Shown here one piece after another: positions 25,308 to 33,043 of a DNA stretch of 51,039 nt. Made by a program: the position numbers and the translations under genes. Where the stretch lies: the IMG/VR virus record IMGVR_UViG_3300007352_000004; one strand, written 5' to 3'. Below the pieces are notes generated by a model. The model saw nothing but the letters and a program-made list of their open reading frames with translations. It had not been told where the DNA came from and made no database searches. Numbering within the stretch: the first letter of the stretch is position 1; every line of letters starts with the position of its first letter. This stretch comes from a virus.

Positions 25308-25856
25308 ATGGCAACACCGCATTACGCAAACGTTCCCGAGACTTGGAAGGCCGGGCCTCCGCACTTCGGCATGTACCGCCAAGCCCCCGCTGAATTCGGC
25401 GGGGAGTGGTGGTTCATCAGCCCCTTCAACCAGAAGCCGTGGCTGACGCTCGTGCCGAAAAAGCTCCCGCCCGGCTTTCTGGAAACCTTCGGCCCGGAGC
25501 CGCCGAAAGCGGCCTCGCACTGGCAGGAGTGGCACGACAACCTGAGGGACTTCAAGCAGGCTGGCGTGCCGCCCGGCGTGGACCCGGCCAAGATCGAACA
25601 GGCCACGCAGTCAATGGTCGCCTGGGGTATGGGCAAGCCCGCCTTCTATGAAGGCCGCTACGGCTGGGCCGCGCGATTCCCCGAGCAGATGTTCTGGGAC
25701 TTTGATGCGCCGGGCGTGTCATGGCTGGGGAACCCGGACTGGAAGATTGCGGAGTGGCAGTCACGCATGATCGCAGAGGGTGTCATGCCGGAGAAGATTC
25801 ACCCTTACGTGCCGCACCACATTCTACCCAAAGAGAAACAGGAAAACCCTACGTAG
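25308..25856 (+). CDS. Trp-rich hypothetical protein
   Basis: 182 aa with a GGAG SD. Confidence 0.6.
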   Translation: MATPHYANVPETWKAGPPHFGMYRQAPAEFGGEWWFISPFNQKPWLTLVPKKLPPGFLETFGPEPPKAASHWQEWHDNLRDFKQAGVPPGVDPAKIEQATQSMVAWGMGKPAFYEGRYGWAARFPEQMFWDFDAPGVSWLGNPDWKIAEWQSRMIAEGVMPEKIHPYVPHHILPKEKQENPT

Positions 25857-25881
25857 CCCCGGAGAAGCGGGGCGTACTTTT
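25856..25881 (+). terminator. intrinsic-terminator-like hairpin
   Basis: GCCCCG-GAGAAG-CGGGGC is followed by GTACTTTT, starting in the stop codon of 25308..25856. Confidence 0.4.
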
Positions 25882-25891
25882 GAAGGTGAGC

Positions 25892-26170
25892 ATGAACCCA
25901 ATCAAAGCAATCGCATCCCTGCCCGGCAAGGCCGTCCGGTCAGTCGCGCGCAAGGTCTGGGCGGGCTCGGCCGGCGCTGGCTTCGGCGTCCCGGTGGCCA
26001 AAGTCGCGCTGTGGTTTCTCACGGACCCCAAGTACGGCAACGTGCAGTTCCCGCCCGACATCGCCGAGAACGTCGCGCTCCTGATCGAAATGGGCGTGAC
26101 GGCCCTGGTGGCGCTGGTGGCGGGCTATGCCACGACGGAGAGGGAACTGGATGAGACCCCAGGCACCTGA
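25892..26170 (+). CDS. two-TM holin-like membrane protein
   Basis: An in-frame ATG at 25892 gives MNPIKAIASLPGK... Hydrophobic segments are GAGFGVPVAKVALWFL and VALLIEMGVTALVALVAGYA, and the C-terminus is charged. Confidence 0.45.
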   Translation: MNPIKAIASLPGKAVRSVARKVWAGSAGAGFGVPVAKVALWFLTDPKYGNVQFPPDIAENVALLIEMGVTALVALVAGYATTERELDETPGT

Positions 26171-26283
26171 CCCCGAGCGAAAGGCCCCCGACCGGGAAAT
26201 GCCCGACCGTGAATTACAGCCGCGTGGCAGGCCAGGCTCTTGGGGCTTTATCCGTAATGCGACAGGGCCGATGACGCTGGAGC

Positions 26284-26706
26284 GTGAGTCCGATGAACCA
26301 ACCACCTAGCCCCGGCGACATCATCCGCCACGTCCCGCGCCCGCGCCCCTCGCTCGGCAGGCTGCGGGTGGAGTCGGTCAGGGGCGATTCGGTGCTGGCG
26401 CGGAGCCTGGATGTGGGCGCTGAGGGCGCGATGTTCGAGTTGCCCCTGGAGGAAGTGGAAGGGGATAAGGCGGTCGCTGAGCAGCTTGCCCGCATCAAGG
26501 AAAACTGCGCGAGCGCCGGGTGGGATTCCTACGGCGCTGCGCCCGTCAGCGACGCCGCCCTAGCCGCAGTTCCCCGCATCCTGGAGGTCATCGGACAAAC
26601 GCCATGGATCGTGCCTTGCAACGATGGCGGCGTGCAGTTTGAGTGGCACAGCGGCGATATCGACATCGAGATTGCGTTCGGTCCCGACGGCAGGCAGTGT
26701 GAATGA
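26284..26706 (+). CDS. hypothetical protein
   Basis: 140 aa with protein-like composition. Confidence 0.55.
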   Translation: MSPMNQPPSPGDIIRHVPRPRPSLGRLRVESVRGDSVLARSLDVGAEGAMFELPLEEVEGDKAVAEQLARIKENCASAGWDSYGAAPVSDAALAAVPRILEVIGQTPWIVPCNDGGVQFEWHSGDIDIEIAFGPDGRQCE

Positions 26707-26873
26707 CCACCCGTGAGATCATCGCCGCCATCATCGCCTTGGCGTCAACCTGCATGGCGGGCTACACCGAGTTGAAGTGCTCCGATACCGTGCGGCAGGC
26801 GGTTCAGGAACAGCGCGAGGCGGATTTTCGCAACTTGGAGGTGATCGTGGACATTGCCCAAGGGAGAAGGTGA
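26703..26873 (+). CDS. small N-terminally hydrophobic protein (56 aa)
   Basis: ATGA overlap. Hand translation gives MTTREIIAAIIALASTCMAGYTELKCSD... A Cys follows the hydrophobic stretch, but this is not a canonical lipobox. Confidence 0.45.
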   Translation: MTTREIIAAIIALASTCMAGYTELKCSDTVRQAVQEQREADFRNLEVIVDIAQGRR

Positions 26874-26930
26874 AAAGGAAACGCCCCCAGCGCTTTCACG
26901 ATGAGGGCGAATCCCGGAGACTGATGAAAA

Positions 26931-27557
26931 ATGTTGCTTGGGGGATTCTACCACACGGGTGAGCGGATCATGATGAGAATCTTTTGGGCTGTCGCCATCC
27001 TGGCCATCGGGTTCATACTCGCCGGTGTTCTCTCTGGTTTGCTCCAGGCCCAGATGGTCTCGCTCAACCAGGAGCAAATCCGTATCACCGCCTGGCCCAT
27101 CGAATCCGACCTCAAGGACCTTCACCAATACCACGCCATCATCCAGTCGCCGTCCATGGTGCACATCTCGGGCAACATCCTGCTGGCCGAACTCGCGGAG
27201 TTGTCGCCGGTGCCCACGACCAAGCTGATCTGGACCGGGGAGCGCAACAACCGCCGCAGCCTGCGGGCGAAGGTGGACCGCGTTGACAAGTTCGCCGTCC
27301 CCGGCATCGCGGCCGCGCTCACGGCTTTCTCGGAAGGCATCAACGGCTATTGGAAGGCCGGGATCGCCGCGCTCGGATTCGCGTACCCTTACATCAAGGA
27401 TTGGTTCAACCTCGCGGCACCCCCGCCCTGGGTTCCGCCGGCGGACTTGGCCCCCATTGCGCCCATCCCTTTGGATCAGCAGGGAACGGCAGGGGTGTCG
27501 CTGTATTCGTACAAAGACATCGGCTCCGTAACACGGGTCATCGAGGTGCGAAGGTGA
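26931..27557 (+). CDS. N-terminally anchored membrane protein
   Basis: 208 aa with TM segment IFWAVAILAIGFILAGVLSGLL. A GGAGA SD is present. An alternative ATG lies at 26970. Confidence 0.55.
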   Translation: MLLGGFYHTGERIMMRIFWAVAILAIGFILAGVLSGLLQAQMVSLNQEQIRITAWPIESDLKDLHQYHAIIQSPSMVHISGNILLAELAELSPVPTTKLIWTGERNNRRSLRAKVDRVDKFAVPGIAAALTAFSEGINGYWKAGIAALGFAYPYIKDWFNLAAPPPWVPPADLAPIAPIPLDQQGTAGVSLYSYKDIGSVTRVIEVRR

Positions 27558-28027
27558 TTAACGCTCTTGCTTGGGCCATGACGCCCATCCTGATGCCGCT
27601 CCTGACGGGTATCTGGCCCGTCTGGATCCGCCGCCTGCCCCATACAGCCCTTGTCTGGGCGCTGCTGGGCGTTCCGCTGGTGCTGTGGAGCCAGGAAGGG
27701 CGGGGAGCCTGGGCGCAGCAGATCGAACGCCGCGTGGAGTCGCTGGAAGACTGGCGCGACGCCAACCGCGACCTGATGGCCGTGCAGGCCAGCATCAACG
27801 CCCAAAACTCGCAGTCGATCGCCAAACTCGCTGCCATTGCCGAAGACCACGAGAAGCGCCTACTGATCGTTGTCAATACCGGCGAGACGATGGTTCGGGT
27901 GGGGGGTTGGGCCATCTTCGCCGTGCCGGTGCTGGCCGCGCTGCTAAACGCCATTTTCAACTACTTCATGTTCCGGCGGCAGGAAAGGCGCAACGGGAAC
28001 GGCGGCGGGAAGATCCACGCGCCTTAG
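27554..28027 (+). CDS. membrane protein (N-terminal TMs, coiled coil, C-terminal TM)
   Basis: The GTG at 27554 overlaps the upstream TGA, and an alternative ATG lies at 27578. Features are WPVWIRRL...LVWALLGVPLVLW, then a coiled-coil-like QQIERRVESLEDWRD..., then GGWAIFAVPVLAALLNAIF. Confidence 0.5.
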   Translation: MINALAWAMTPILMPLLTGIWPVWIRRLPHTALVWALLGVPLVLWSQEGRGAWAQQIERRVESLEDWRDANRDLMAVQASINAQNSQSIAKLAAIAEDHEKRLLIVVNTGETMVRVGGWAIFAVPVLAALLNAIFNYFMFRRQERRNGNGGGKIHAP

Positions 28028-28137
28028 CGCACCAGCCCCGACACCTTGACCCCGCAGAACTCCAGCACGATCGCCAGGATCGCGAGCCCCAGGATAATCC
28101 ACAGGTAACTGCGCAGGATTTGGCGCACGGTGGCCAT
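28024..28137 (-). CDS. 37-aa single-TM peptide (below the ORF-track cut-off)
   Basis: Hand translation gives MATVRQILRSYLWIILGLAILAIVLEFCGVKVSGLVR. It is the last gene of the leftward immunity-side operon. Its stop overlaps the convergent gene stop. Confidence 0.4.
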   Translation of the reverse strand: MATVRQILRSYLWIILGLAILAIVLEFCGVKVSGLVR

Positions 28138-28141
28138 TTCC

Positions 28142-28336
28142 TCACCTCTTTTCTATCGGGTGCTCCAAATACCAGCGCCAGCAGAACAAGCCGATAACGG
28201 CGACCGTGGGCCACTGGGACCACCAGGGCAGTTCGCCGAAAGCGTCCACGATGCCCTCGAAGGCCCCTATGGCCAGCATGACCAACCCCAGCCCGCCTGG
28301 GACCATGATGGCCACTATGGCAAGGCCCAACGCCAA
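28142..28336 (-). CDS. small two-TM membrane protein
   Basis: 64 aa (LGLAIVAIMVPGGLGLVMLAIGAF...WPTVAVIGLFCWRWYL). The start is a TTG, so it is uncertain. Confidence 0.45.
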   Translation of the reverse strand: MALGLAIVAIMVPGGLGLVMLAIGAFEGIVDAFGELPWWSQWPTVAVIGLFCWRWYLEHPIEKR

Positions 28337-28379
28337 TTTCCCGAGACCGCGCCAGTAGTTCGGTATCGTCGGAGCCTCC

Positions 28380-28646
28380 CTAACCCAGCGGCAGCCCGTT
28401 CAGCACGAGCCTGCGAAGGACGTGCGTATCGTTGTGGAGTTCTTCGATTCGAGCCTGGTGGGCTCCGGGCTCGATATTCGCGCCTTTGTCGAGGCGCATA
28501 AACACGGTCTTGGCGACCTGGCGCATTTCATTCTGGAGCGCTTCCATTTGATTGCGGAGACTTTGTAGGTAAGCCAGTTCGTCCTGGCGGATTTCAGGTT
28601 GTGGCATAACGCGCAAGCCAGCCCGCACGTGGTGCTTGAGTTGCAT
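28380..28646 (-). CDS. coiled-coil hypothetical protein
   Basis: I prefer the internal ATG at 28646 (MQLKHHVRAG...). A heptad-like segment LAYLQSLRNQMEALQNEMRQV is present. Confidence 0.5.
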   Translation of the reverse strand: MQLKHHVRAGLRVMPQPEIRQDELAYLQSLRNQMEALQNEMRQVAKTVFMRLDKGANIEPGAHQARIEELHNDTHVLRRLVLNGLPLG

Positions 28647-28812
28647 TCGATACCGCCTTTCTTGGGGGGCGACGAAAGGGAGGGGAGGGTGTTTCGCCGC
28701 GCGAGCGAATTGTACACCCATTCTGCCACGGGAAATAGATTCTTTGCGGAACATTTACAGTGATTTTGCGGCGTTCGCTTTTCCGAACTGTGATGCGCGG
28801 GATTGCTAGGTT

Positions 28813-29124
28813 TCATGCTGATTTTTTGCCGCCTCTACCTCCCCCTGGTTGACTTTGTTCGTTTTGCAGAACGGTGTCCGCTGCCTCGCCATGGGGATCC
28901 CTAATTCCGAGCTGGACTTTAGCGGTTTTTTCCAGTGATTTAATAGCCGCGTCATCTCTTGGCATGCCAATTGTCAACCAGAACCGTAATCCGCGTGTCG
29001 CTTCTTCTTGGTATGTGAGCTTCCGTTCTGTGCAGTAACCCTTGAATTTAAGACCCAGCTGGGTCTCCACGCGAAAGTACTCGTCATAGGTCGCAGCATC
29101 CGGGGCCTTCTTCTTTTTGGGCAT
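28813..29124 (-). CDS. ribbon-helix-helix-like protein (repressor candidate)
   Basis: Starts at the ATG at 29124 (MPKKKKAPD). FRVETQLGLKFKGYCTERKLTYQEEATRGLRFWL fits a beta-strand plus two-helix RHH layout. It is divergent from a second RHH gene. The region is AT-richer. Confidence 0.45.
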   Translation of the reverse strand: MPKKKKAPDAATYDEYFRVETQLGLKFKGYCTERKLTYQEEATRGLRFWLTIGMPRDDAAIKSLEKTAKVQLGIRDPHGEAADTVLQNEQSQPGGGRGGKKSA

Positions 29125-29225
29125 AGTTAACCTGTCAAAAAAATCCCTTGACAATCGTGGGCGAACGGGCGTAGTGTATTTGTTAACAGGTTACGTCAAC
29201 AGATTCACCACGCAACTAGGTAACT
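29125..29225. promoter_or_regulatory. divergent control region with GTTAAC-containing inverted repeats flanking a TTGACA promoter
   Basis: TAACCTGT (29128-29135) and ACAGGTTA (29186-29193) are reverse complements. GTTAAC occurs at 29126 and 29182, and TTGACA at 29148-29153. GGTTACGTCAACAG (29189-29202) matches 12117-12130 at 12 of 14 positions. Confidence 0.5.
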
Positions 29226-29411
29226 ATGCCACAAGAAGAATCAGCCGATCAAATGGCAGTCATCAAGCTGCCCGCCGACCTCCATCAGCAGGTCAAGATT
29301 CAAGCCATACTTCACCGGCGCGAGATGCAGGATATCTCCGCTGAGGCGATTCGTGAATGGCTGAAGCGTCATGCCGTTGCTGTTGAGTCCAGTCTGGCTG
29401 GAGGCAAGTAA
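29226..29411 (+). CDS. ribbon-helix-helix (Arc/CopG/MetJ-type) DNA-binding protein
   Basis: 61 aa. AVIKLPADLHQQVKIQAILHRREMQDISAEAIREWLKRH is a textbook RHH pattern. Confidence 0.6.
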   Translation: MPQEESADQMAVIKLPADLHQQVKIQAILHRREMQDISAEAIREWLKRHAVAVESSLAGGK

Positions 29412-29961
29412 GGTGGCAACGGCGGAGTTGCGGCAATCTTCGGACGCTTCCCCGGCCTTCCGTACGGAGCGCGGGGCCAGCCGAACCCTCCCCGTAGGTT
29501 CGTCCCCCGTTCTCCGCAAGGGTATGGCGTCTTCCCCCTCGCCGTACCCAACCCAAGCTGCGAGTACGGTTCACGGCATCGAGTCGTACTCGCAGCCCCA
29601 ACCGCAGACGCTTTTCCCTGTTTCCCAAGAGGACTTTCGGCTGCAAGTCGTTGCCGTCATGGGGCTTGACCTGGATGATTGCGGCGAGCGCGGATTATCG
29701 CGTGCACAGGTTGCCGACGCCATGGATGTGAAGCTCCCAACGCTTGATTCGTGGCTCGCCCAGACGCGCACCGATCGCAACATCCCCGTGGCCCAGGGGC
29801 CTGACTGGGTTCGGGCGACGGGTTCGCGGCGGCTGTTGGAATGGTTCGCGGCCCAGGTTGGCCTGCGCCTTGTCGAGCCCCACGTCGCTGAGATCGGCGA
29901 GGCCTACATCGCCGTCCAGCAGGCCAAGGCTCGGTTGCGGGATTTGACGGAGGTTGCGTGA
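29371..29961 (+). CDS. HTH protein upstream of the integrase (excisionase or regulator candidate; start uncertain)
   Basis: The C-terminal half contains LSRAQVADAMDVKLPTLDSWL (HTH-like). The N-terminal third is Ser/Pro-rich. In-frame alternative starts are a GTG at 29413 and an ATG at 29524. The stop overlaps the integrase start. Confidence 0.5.
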   Translation: MPLLLSPVWLEASKVATAELRQSSDASPAFRTERGASRTLPVGSSPVLRKGMASSPSPYPTQAASTVHGIESYSQPQPQTLFPVSQEDFRLQVVAVMGLDLDDCGERGLSRAQVADAMDVKLPTLDSWLAQTRTDRNIPVAQGPDWVRATGSRRLLEWFAAQVGLRLVEPHVAEIGEAYIAVQQAKARLRDLTEVA

Positions 29962-31202
29962 CGGCGCGGAACGCAAGTCATAGACTGGTGGGACTTCTCT
30001 CTCAAGGAGGTCTCACCGAAGACATGCGACGCAAATTCCGTCAGCTCGGCCATCTCTTAATCGAGAACGGCAAGTGGAAGGTCCGTTTCCGCAAGTGGGT
30101 CGTCGCGGACGGCCGCGCCAAACGCATCCAGGCCAAGGAAACCATCGGCGAGGCGACAGGCCCCCGCGCCATCACCCGCCAAGACGCGGTGATCCTCGCT
30201 TGGCACCTGTATCTGAAGTACCAGAATCACGACGCCGAAGTGGTCTGCACTGTCGGCGAGTTCTACGTCAAGGTGTTCTGCCCCGAGCACTGCCGCAACC
30301 TCAAGCCCGGCAGTCGCGCGGACTACCAGACGCGCTGGCGGATCTGGGTGGAGCCTGTCCTGGGCCAGATCCTGTTGACGCAGGTCAAGCGCGAAGACGT
30401 CCAGCGCATCATCGGCAGCGTCCTCGCGGCGGGTCGCAGCGTGCAAACTGCCGCCCACGTCCGCAAGCTGATCCAGGCGCTATTCACGGCGGCGAAGAAG
30501 AAGGGCTGGTACGTCAACGAAAACCCCGCGGCCGCGATCGACCTGCCCGAGATGGAGCGCCGCCCCGCCATGGCCTACACCCACGAGCAGGCACGGCGAA
30601 TCCTGGAGGCGCTGGCGTCGCCTGTCCGCGAGGCCGTGCTGCTCTCGCTGACCACGGGCCTGGGGCCGGCGGAGTTCCGCGGCCTGCGGCTGGACTGCCT
30701 GAACCTGACGCCCGAGCCGCAAATCACGGGCGGCGAGGCGCTGCCGCCGTTCTCGCTCGCGGTGCGGCGGAACTTCTACCTGGGCGAGTACGGCAGCCCC
30801 AAGACGAAACAGCGCCGCCGTATCGTGCCCCTGCTGCCGGCGGTGGCCGACGCCCTGCGGGGACTGCTGCGGCGCGAGCGGTTCGCGGCGTCTGATGACC
30901 CGGTGTTCTGCGGCGCGACCGGCAGGCCCATCGACACCCACAACGTGAGCAACCGCGTGTTTGGCCCGCTGGCGAAGGCCCTGGGGTTCCCGGTGACCTG
31001 GTACGCCCTGCGGCATACGCACGCGACGTGGTGCGACCTGGCCGACATGCCGCTGACCGACCGCATGATTACGATGGGGCACGCGCGGGCCGCGATGACG
31101 CTCAACTATACGCACGTCGACGTGGAGCGGCGGCGCGAGTCGCTGCTGCTGGCGGCGGGAAGCCTGACGGAGAGGGTGGATTCGAAAGGAGCGGTGAATT
31201 GA
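29958..31202 (+). CDS. int: tyrosine recombinase / phage integrase
   Basis: 414 aa with the catalytic signature elements: TTGLGPAEFRGLRL (Arg I), WYALRHTHATW (H-x-x-R) and MGHARAAMTLNYTH (His...Tyr). Confidence 0.85.
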   Translation: MTARNASHRLVGLLSQGGLTEDMRRKFRQLGHLLIENGKWKVRFRKWVVADGRAKRIQAKETIGEATGPRAITRQDAVILAWHLYLKYQNHDAEVVCTVGEFYVKVFCPEHCRNLKPGSRADYQTRWRIWVEPVLGQILLTQVKREDVQRIIGSVLAAGRSVQTAAHVRKLIQALFTAAKKKGWYVNENPAAAIDLPEMERRPAMAYTHEQARRILEALASPVREAVLLSLTTGLGPAEFRGLRLDCLNLTPEPQITGGEALPPFSLAVRRNFYLGEYGSPKTKQRRRIVPLLPAVADALRGLLRRERFAASDDPVFCGATGRPIDTHNVSNRVFGPLAKALGFPVTWYALRHTHATWCDLADMPLTDRMITMGHARAAMTLNYTHVDVERRRESLLLAAGSLTERVDSKGAVN

Positions 31203-31642
31203 AACCATTTCACATCAGCGACGTGCTCTCGGCAACGACCAGTAGGCTCGTATCGTCCCGCCACATGGACGGGCTCTACGAGATCCTCAACTTCCTCACG
31301 AACGACGCTGTGTTTACGCACCAGATACCGCGCATCATGGGGGAATGCAGGCCCTGGCTTTGGAGTCAGTTCCCGCAACTGATGAAGGACTCGCCACGCA
31401 TGAACGAGCTACTGACGGACCTGGACGTGGCGCGCGAGCCGGTTGTCGGCGACAAGGAAAAACTCGCTGTCGTCATCGCCGCTTGGGTTGAGCGGGTGCG
31501 TCAGGAGTTTGGGCTACCGGAGCAGATCCCGGTGTACGAGCTTGGTGCCGACATGCACACGCACATCGACCCGCTCGAAGAGGCAAAGGCCATGGTTGGC
31601 GAGGAGCGCGTTATTCCTGTCACACCTAAAGGAGACCTGTGA
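31199..31642 (+). CDS. hypothetical conserved phage-type protein
   Basis: The frame is open from a TTG at 31199 that overlaps the integrase stop (LKPFHISDVLSATTSRLVSSRHMDGLYEILNFLTNDAVFTHQIPR). An alternative ATG lies at 31265. Confidence 0.5.
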   Translation: MKPFHISDVLSATTSRLVSSRHMDGLYEILNFLTNDAVFTHQIPRIMGECRPWLWSQFPQLMKDSPRMNELLTDLDVAREPVVGDKEKLAVVIAAWVERVRQEFGLPEQIPVYELGADMHTHIDPLEEAKAMVGEERVIPVTPKGDL

Positions 31643-31674
31643 GTCACGGCGGGGGTATAGGCTTTCCCAATCTT

Positions 31675-31692
31675 TGTTCCCAACGTGCTCCC
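31675..31692 (+). repeat. arm-type-site-like direct repeat pair 1 (TGTTCCC-AACG-TGCTCCC)
   Basis: It is part of a 21-mer (31673-31693) that recurs at 32172-32192 with 20 of 21 identity. Confidence 0.6.
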
Positions 31693-31839
31693 ATTCTACC
31701 CGCTGTCGAGGGCGGCGACGAGCCCCTGGCCCCGCTCAACCTCGGAGCCCTGAAGGACGTGCGTGGTGAGCCCGCCGGATCCGCCGCCCGCGCCAGCACC
31801 GGCGCCTGCGGACGATGAGGACGAAGGAGACCAAGACGA

Positions 31840-32139
31840 ATGAGAGCGAGCCTGGCCTTTTCCTACGATCCCGACAAAGACGAACTGACGATCGAGGGCG
31901 TGCGTTATTCCGGCGAGTTGTTTCGCCAGTACGGGATTGGCCCGTCCCCCGCCGATAGATGGCATCGAATTGTCGAGCGCCGCGAGGACGGCCAGCTCGT
32001 CATTGAGCAGTGTATCGACGTGACCAGGCTACCCCTACCGATAGCGAGGCAAGATGACCAGACGAAACCTGTTCGCATCCATCTGCGGCCTGCTCGCCGC
32101 GCCGTTCGTAAAGGCGAAACCAGCGCCGATGTCGATTAG
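31840..32139 (+). CDS. hypothetical protein
   Basis: 99 aa. The N-terminal half (MRASLAFSYDPDKDELTIEGVRYSGELFRQYG) is protein-like. Confidence 0.5.
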   Translation: MRASLAFSYDPDKDELTIEGVRYSGELFRQYGIGPSPADRWHRIVERREDGQLVIEQCIDVTRLPLPIARQDDQTKPVRIHLRPARRAVRKGETSADVD

Positions 32140-32173
32140 AACCGCGGCAAGAGGGCATCATGGGCTGTGAGTT

Positions 32174-32191
32174 TGTTCCCAACGTGTTCCC
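32174..32191 (+). repeat. arm-type-site-like direct repeat pair 2 (TGTTCCC-AACG-TGTTCCC)
   Basis: Two heptamers 11 bp apart, 66 bp upstream of the tRNA fragment. Confidence 0.6.
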
Positions 32192-32257
32192 ACGGGATAT
32201 AGTGGGCTGGTAATTCGATGAAACAATTAGGGATAACGAGCAAAACCAATTTAGCCT

Positions 32258-32307
32258 CTGGCCTTTTAAGCCGTGGGTCGCGGGTTCGAGTCCCGCCCGC
32301 CTCACCA
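32258..32307 (+). other. 3' portion of a tRNA-Lys(UUU) gene (anticodon arm to CCA): candidate attP core
   Basis: Anticodon loop CTTTTAA (anticodon TTT at 32265-32267), variable loop GGGTC, T-arm GCGGG-TTCGAGT-CCCGC, then acceptor 3' strand CCGCCTC-A-CCA. No matching 5' acceptor strand (GAGGCGG) or D-arm lies upstream, so this is a fragment and not a gene. Confidence 0.7.
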
Positions 32308-32388
32308 TTTAACCCCGTAGAATCAACGCCCGTCCCCAACGGGCCACCCCACCTGAACCCCGGCTTTGCGGCGAACACGCGGCGAAGC

Positions 32389-32406
32389 TGTTCCCTAATT
32401 GTTCCC
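32389..32406 (+). repeat. arm-type-site-like direct repeat pair 3 (TGTTCCC-TAAT-TGTTCCC)
   Basis: Two perfect heptamers 11 bp apart, 81 bp downstream of the tRNA fragment. Confidence 0.6.
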
Positions 32407-32429
32407 AGGCTATTCGCGGAGGTTGCCCG

Positions 32430-32801
32430 ATGACCTTTCACGAATCCAAACCCATCATCCGCAAGGCGCTCAGCGAGGCGTCGGACGCGAAGCTCGTGGA
32501 GTTGCTGGACGATGCGCGAGCGGGGAAGGTGCCGTTCGGCAGATGTGAGACCTGTATATGTGGCCACCTTATCGGCCCCGACTGGGACGCTGATGATCTA
32601 CCAACCGAGCATCCACGTTGGATTTTGTCGTCGGCTTATGCGGAGTTGAGCCACCTGCCCAATGGCCACTGGTTGCCAATACGCGACGACGATGCCCGCC
32701 GTCAGCGCGTCCTGGTCCCGATGATCCTGGCGGAAATTCGGCGCAGAGGCAGGGTGGCCGTGGCCGTGGAGCCCGCGTGCGTGGAGGCGATGGTCCGATG
32801 A
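32430..32801 (+). CDS. hypothetical protein
   Basis: 123 aa. It is the first gene of the long, tightly coupled early operon. Confidence 0.6.
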   Translation: MTFHESKPIIRKALSEASDAKLVELLDDARAGKVPFGRCETCICGHLIGPDWDADDLPTEHPRWILSSAYAELSHLPNGHWLPIRDDDARRQRVLVPMILAEIRRRGRVAVAVEPACVEAMVR

Positions 32802-33043
32802 CCAACCTAATCGAAATGCCCATCCGCCTCGCCCCGGTGCGCCACGAGCACGAGTGCGGCACTTGCGGCCTGGAGTGGATTTGCCGCGACGCTGATTGCA
32901 AGGTCGCCTCCGATATCAGTATTTGCCCGGCCTGCCTCTACGAACTCGGCTCCGTCGAGGTCCCCCTGGACCGCGAAGTGGGCGGGCTCCTGGCGGTCGC
33001 GGTGGTGCTCGGCGGGCTGGCGGCGGTATGGGGGTTGGGATGA
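32798..33043 (+). CDS. zinc-ribbon protein with a C-terminal TM segment
   Basis: ATGA overlap. Translation is MTNLIEMPIRLAPVRHEHECGTCG...CPACLYE...LLAVAVVLGGLAAVWGLG. Confidence 0.55.
   Translation: MTNLIEMPIRLAPVRHEHECGTCGLEWICRDADCKVASDISICPACLYELGSVEVPLDREVGGLLAVAVVLGGLAAVWGLG

Noticed and set aside
26127-26309. 60-aa ORF bridging the holin-like gene and 26284..26706
   Set aside because: It is a highly charged Arg/Pro/Glu low-complexity translation that overlaps both neighbours. It may be real but is unsupported.
30074-31208. Alternative-frame (30074..30895 +) and antisense (30480..31208 -) ORFs over the integrase
   Set aside because: The integrase frame carries the R...HxxR...Y catalytic signature. 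The others are Arg/Pro/Gly-rich shadows.
32232-32307. Possible complete tRNA-Lys gene
   Set aside because: The 7 nt where the 5' acceptor strand should be (GATAACG) cannot pair with CCGCCTC, and no D-arm is present. Only the 3' portion of about 50 nt is tRNA-like.
32136-32567. 143-aa minus ORF and 102-aa minus ORF (32000..32308) spanning the tRNA fragment
   Set aside because: The translation RAGLEPATHGLKG is the familiar artefact of reading a tRNA T-arm in reverse. The region is better explained as attP.
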